From Thermodesulfobacteriota bacterium (lineage in GTDB: Bacteria; Desulfobacterota_D; UBA1144; Nemesobacterales; UBA2774), in NCBI GenBank assembly GCA_965216785.1, contig OZ244197.1, forward strand, positions 1,216,001 to 1,280,000: 64,000 nucleotides of DNA. The letters are read 5' to 3'. Below, piece by piece: positions 60,177 to 64,000 of this stretch (positions within the stretch are counted from its first letter, which is position 1; each line of letters begins with the position of its first letter). The notes under the pieces were generated by a model. The model was not told the DNA's origin. It saw only the letters and a program-made list of their open reading frames with translations, and did no database searches. The translations under genes were made by a program, and so were the position numbers.

Positions 60177-61253
60177 TCAACTTTCCATATTAGCTATGTC
60201 AGTGGATTTGTCAGTAAATGATTCTGGCATATAAGCTGCAAGTGCTTCAACAGCGTCTTTTAGAGTATCTTCTGGATGTGCATAACGCATAGTTGTTTTT
60301 AGGTCGGCATGACCTAAAATTCTAGACACTGTTACTATTGATGCACCTGATTCAATCATCCTAGTTGCTGCAGTATGACGAAGGTCGTGAAATCTAAGTC
60401 CCTTAATTTTTGCTCTTCTACAAGCTCCAGCAAATGATTGCTTTAATGAGTCATGCCTTTTATATGGAGAACCTTTTGTACTTAAGAAAACATAGTTCGA
60501 TGAGCCAACTTTTAGTTTCTGTTCTAGTAGTACCTTTCTAAGTATAGAGTTGATAGGTATACGTCTTGTTTTTTTACTTTTTGTATTAGTGTGTTCGAGG
60601 GTGATTAGCTTCTTGTCTAGGTCTACATAATCCCATTTAAGACTTAGTACTTCATTTTTCCTCATTCCTGTATGAAGTGCACAAAGTAGGATTGATTTTA
60701 GGGCAGGGGAACTCGTTTCTAATAGCCTGGCCTCTTCCTCTTTGCTAAGTATGCGTTCAATTTGATTATGTTCGGTTAGTAATTTTGAAATTGATACAGG
60801 ATTTTCTCCAAAGAACCTTTTTTGTCTCTTGGCAAAATTAAATAAATGACTTAGACATGCAAGGTCTCTATTAACTGTTGCAGGTTTAACTTTTTTTAGT
60901 CTATATAGCTTGTAGTCATCAATATCACTTGAGGTAATATCAGATAGCCTCTTTCCATCAAAAAACGTCTCTAGACGCTTTAATTGAGCTATGGCTAACT
61001 CCCAAGACCTGTTTTGTTTGACATCCCTTATGTGTCTAATATATTCATCTTTAAACTGTGCTATTGTAGGAATATCAGTTTCTATCATTTCATATTGACC
61101 AAGTTTTATTTGCTGTTCTCGTTGGCGTAGAACCTCTTTAGCCATGGATTTAGTTACAACTCCTGCTCTACCTATAGATTCCCGTTTAATCCTGCCATTA
61201 GGCTTTTTGTACTCAATTACCCATCTATCTCTTATTCTGAATACACTTCCCAT
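60177..61253 (-). CDS. Tyrosine recombinase/phage-type integrase
   Basis: TGMRKNE (R), K, FHDLRH (HxxR), LGH, TMRY (Y); N-terminal arm-binding-like segment. Confidence 0.95.
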   Translation of the reverse strand: MGSVFRIRDRWVIEYKKPNGRIKRESIGRAGVVTKSMAKEVLRQREQQIKLGQYEMIETDIPTIAQFKDEYIRHIRDVKQNRSWELAIAQLKRLETFFDGKRLSDITSSDIDDYKLYRLKKVKPATVNRDLACLSHLFNFAKRQKRFFGENPVSISKLLTEHNQIERILSKEEEARLLETSSPALKSILLCALHTGMRKNEVLSLKWDYVDLDKKLITLEHTNTKSKKTRRIPINSILRKVLLEQKLKVGSSNYVFLSTKGSPYKRHDSLKQSFAGACRRAKIKGLRFHDLRHTAATRMIESGASIVTVSRILGHADLKTTMRYAHPEDTLKDAVEALAAYMPESFTDKSTDIANMES

Positions 61254-61255
61254 AA

Positions 61256-61462
61256 TTACTTAACCCCCTTATCAGTTTTTGTTGATTCAGGTAGAGACGG
61301 TTCTTTAATCTCATACCCTTCTCTCTTCATAACTTCATGTATCCAACCCCTGATTAATTCGGAACCTGTCATATGATTTTGCTCGGCATATTTGTACATA
61401 AAATCTAACTCTGTTTCATCCAACCATACCTGAAACCTCTTTAATTTTTTCTTCTTTCTCAT
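61256..61462 (-). CDS. Ribbon-helix-helix (CopG-like) DNA-binding protein
   Basis: KRFQVWL strand plus two helices (SELIR); 2 bp upstream of the integrase. Confidence 0.65.
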   Translation of the reverse strand: MRKKKKLKRFQVWLDETELDFMYKYAEQNHMTGSELIRGWIHEVMKREGYEIKEPSLPESTKTDKGVK

Positions 61463-61700
61463 AGAGGATATTATACTCTATTTTAATCCATTTATCTAGT
61501 TCAATATTGATAAAAGGCTATTCTTGGAAAAGAATATATGTGTATGAAATACATATATATTCTAGCTGTAATACTGAAAGAACTTTTATATTTTTATTAA
61601 GTAAAGGTATCCGACAGATAAACCTGAATCAGAGACTAGAGGAAAAGAAGATATAGAAGTTTAATCCAATTCTTAGTGAATACTCAAAGGATATTAACGA

Positions 61701-62054
61701 ATGGGAAAATACGGATTATCACTATTGTTCATTATCTTATTGCTTTTGCCTACAGCCTCTTTCGCAGATGGAACACTGAAGTGTGGAATAAAGCCGATAC
61801 CTAAAGTAGGCTGTCTAATCGGTCGTTGTGTAGACGGTATGTGGGAACAGATATGTGATACTTCACCTATATTGAATTGTGGGATAAGACCTATTCCTGA
61901 AGTTGGCTGTAGGATAGGTCAATGTGTAAATGGACAGTGGGAACAGGTGTGCGATACATCTCCCATATTATCCTGCGGCATTAAACCAATACCTGATATT
62001 GGCTGCAAAATAGGTGGATGCGTAAACGGAAAATGGGAACAGATATGTGACTGA
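61701..62054 (+). CDS. Secreted Cys-rich triple-repeat protein
   Basis: Signal peptide ending ASFA; three 32-aa units with 4 Cys each. Confidence 0.85.
   Translation: MGKYGLSLLFIILLLLPTASFADGTLKCGIKPIPKVGCLIGRCVDGMWEQICDTSPILNCGIRPIPEVGCRIGQCVNGQWEQVCDTSPILSCGIKPIPDIGCKIGGCVNGKWEQICD
61776..62051 (+). repeat. Intragenic tandem repeat, ~3 x 96 bp
   Basis: Recurrent TGGGAACAG(A/G)T(A/G)TG(T/C)GA at 96-bp spacing. Confidence 0.9.
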
Positions 62055-62240
62055 TTGATTTTGTTCATTATTTGACTTATCTAATAAATACAATGTGTTA
62101 CGAATGAGCTGTGATTGTAAAAGGTGAACAATCCACTATTTTTAGCTATTTTTTTTACGTTATTTGTCTGAAAAATCGTTTTCCTATATAGATAGCGATA
62201 GCTCCGGTTCTTCCGTTCTTCTGCCTTATAGCTTAAAAGC

Positions 62241-62891
62241 TTACTTCAGCAACCCTTCATTAATCTTTTTATTTCCCACCTCTAGATATATTTCGGGCTT
62301 CCTTGCTTTCGGACTATATATCCCTAAAAGATTTCCATTAGTGGAGAAGAGAAAACTTTTATCATAAGTCTTACGATAAATATATTCTATTACTTTCCTA
62401 AATAAACCTGTATCTACATGCTCTTGAGATTGGTGTTCTCTTATTTTCTCCCTTACAGTTTTGCATTGCTCAGACCATTGCAGACCAAGAATATCCTCTG
62501 GGAGAGTTATTACCTTAAAGTTATGTATACCTACAAAAGCTACCTGACATATACTTCCTACTGGTGGGTATTCTCGCTCATGTTTTATCCATATATGAGG
62601 TCGAAACATTCTTCTTTCATAACTCTCTCTACTTTTTCTAGCTTTTTCTTCCTGTTCTTCTAGTTGATTAAGAGTTAGTTCATATGCTTTCTGGTGAACT
62701 AGAGGGTCTAGACCTAATGCAGTGGGTAGCTTTTTTCTTAAAGAATCCGGACATTGACCTGTTTGGATAAGGTGGTCTAAACGTCGAAAACCCTTATTTA
62801 GGTTCTTATACCCGAGCTTTTTTACTATAGTGAGTTTGTCTTCTTTACTTCTAGATGTATACCGAAGTATAAGTTTGGAGATTTGGTACAT
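62241..62891 (-). CDS. Hypothetical protein (possible HTH-like N-terminus)
   Basis: 216 aa, GAGGTG SD; LGYKNLNKGFRRL helical segment. Confidence 0.7.
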   Translation of the reverse strand: MYQISKLILRYTSRSKEDKLTIVKKLGYKNLNKGFRRLDHLIQTGQCPDSLRKKLPTALGLDPLVHQKAYELTLNQLEEQEEKARKSRESYERRMFRPHIWIKHEREYPPVGSICQVAFVGIHNFKVITLPEDILGLQWSEQCKTVREKIREHQSQEHVDTGLFRKVIEYIYRKTYDKSFLFSTNGNLLGIYSPKARKPEIYLEVGNKKINEGLLK

Positions 62892-63353
62892 TTGTTCACC
62901 TCTTTAGCTGAATTTATTAAGCACCCGCAATCTGGTGTTTCAAATCAGTGCTAATAATATTTTAGTCAGAACTAATGAGTATATCAAATATCACAAACGT
63001 ATATATCGGTGGGAACTATATTCAGTGCCTATATATGGTTTGCCGGTTTAGGCTTGATAGTCTAACCTCAAAACTAGATTAAAATTGTTTGATATACAGC
63101 TCATATGGGATGTAATGCTCCCCTTTTGTCAGGACCGATTTAATTTGGAATCATGAACAAAGCCAACTAGCCTTCATGACCTTCTATATAGGGTTTCTGT
63201 CAAAATTCTAACTTATGGACCTATTATTGGGAGCAGGTCAAATTGCCTTACTCGGAATGCACTTAGATTTTACTCATTTCAACAGATCACATATTACCTA
63301 TTACATTATCGAATCCAAGAATATTGGCGAGCTCTCATAGAACTATGTTCGTT

Positions 63354-63605
63354 TTACGTCAAGGATTCGAGATAAGATTTCATGTTCTCGATCTTCTCGC
63401 TGTTTAGTGAGTAAAGCCGGTTTTGTCTCACCTTGCGCTCGCTCACTATATCGGCTTCCTTTAGGATTTTCAGGTGATTAGATATAGCTGGTTTTGAAAT
63501 CTCAAACTTGCTGGCGATTTCTCCCGCAGCAGTCTCACCCTGACTTAAATATTCCAGAATCTTTCTTCTGGTATCGTCTGCAATAGCCTTATATGGGCAA
63601 CCCAT
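63354..63605 (-). CDS. ArsR/SmtB-family (SdpR-like) regulator
   Basis: KAIADDTRRKIL...SKPAISNHLKILKEA; AGGAGG SD. Confidence 0.9.
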   Translation of the reverse strand: MGCPYKAIADDTRRKILEYLSQGETAAGEIASKFEISKPAISNHLKILKEADIVSERKVRQNRLYSLNSEKIENMKSYLESLT

Positions 63606-63686
63606 AATTGATTCCCTCCTTGTGATTTTATTACCCTCTCATGGCAATACTTTGAACGTCAGACGGTTGCAGTGACGTTCTACAGC

Positions 63687-63788
63687 TCAGCCAATTGTAG
63701 TACTGGGGGAAGCCTGGACATTAGATAGGGATGAGCCAAAAACCGTACATATAAGAGTAATCACTACAATCAAAAGCAGCTTTCTCAT
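63687..63788 (-). CDS. 33-aa signal-peptide-like small ORF (not in ORF track)
   Basis: AAGGGGG SD; MRKLLLIVVITLICTVFGSSLSNVQASPSTTIG*. Confidence 0.55.
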   Translation of the reverse strand: MRKLLLIVVITLICTVFGSSLSNVQASPSTTIG

Positions 63789-64000
63789 AATGAACCCCCT
63801 TACATTCACTATTTTGCCTGCTGTCTTGTCTTAATTGAAATGACTTTCTATTAACTACTATATATTAGTTATAATTAGATTACAACTTGGAGAACGGTAT
63901 AATGGCTTATCTTGCTACATTTCAATTATTTGCAGTACACATAAAGCTGAATTGGGTTGACTTGAGGGGAATAGTAGTTGTCAGCAATTTAAATACTTAA

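Larger units (their letters stand above)
60150..64000. mobile_element. Integrative element/genomic island at tRNA-Ala (distal end outside window)
   Basis: Abrupt AT-rich shift after the tRNA; integrase ends 27 bp from the tRNA 3' end. Confidence 0.8.

Noticed and set aside
60150-64000. Calling the right-hand element a prophage
   Set aside because: No structural, terminase or replication genes in the visible part

Overview
Bacterial chromosomal window from a Gram-negative organism; the gene organisation looks deltaproteobacterial/Desulfobacterota-like (inference only). A core block of about 54 kb (~5.6-60.1 kb) carries a type II secretion cluster (gspC-K), dacB, a uvrA-like gene, dnaJ, aroE, ribF, trkA, lgt, an oprB-aspT-aspD module, pal-like/cpoB/pal-like, hemL, an F0-only atp cluster, cca, xseA, thyX, rnc, ntrBC, hom and tRNA-Ala(GGC). 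Accessory DNA lies on both sides. On the left (1-~5.6 kb) are AT-rich DUF3102-type mobile-element genes, then two cargo units each preceded by a copy of an ungapped 79-bp imperfect direct repeat: a CbpD-like AA10 LPMO with two CBM2 domains, and a translationally coupled Schlafen/AlbA_2 + unknown-protein pair, which is the best candidate here for an undescribed anti-phage system. On the right (60.15-64 kb) is an AT-rich tyrosine-integrase element at tRNA-Ala, with a secreted triple Cys-repeat protein and an unannotated 33-aa signal-peptide-like ORF upstream of an ArsR regulator. Core oddities include a LysM-bearing GspD secretin, a RavA-like ATPase overlapping gspK, a catalytically degenerate sirtuin, a degenerate acyl-CoA ligase and an atpZ-like gene with no canonical start codon. 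All family calls are by eye from motifs; no searches were run.
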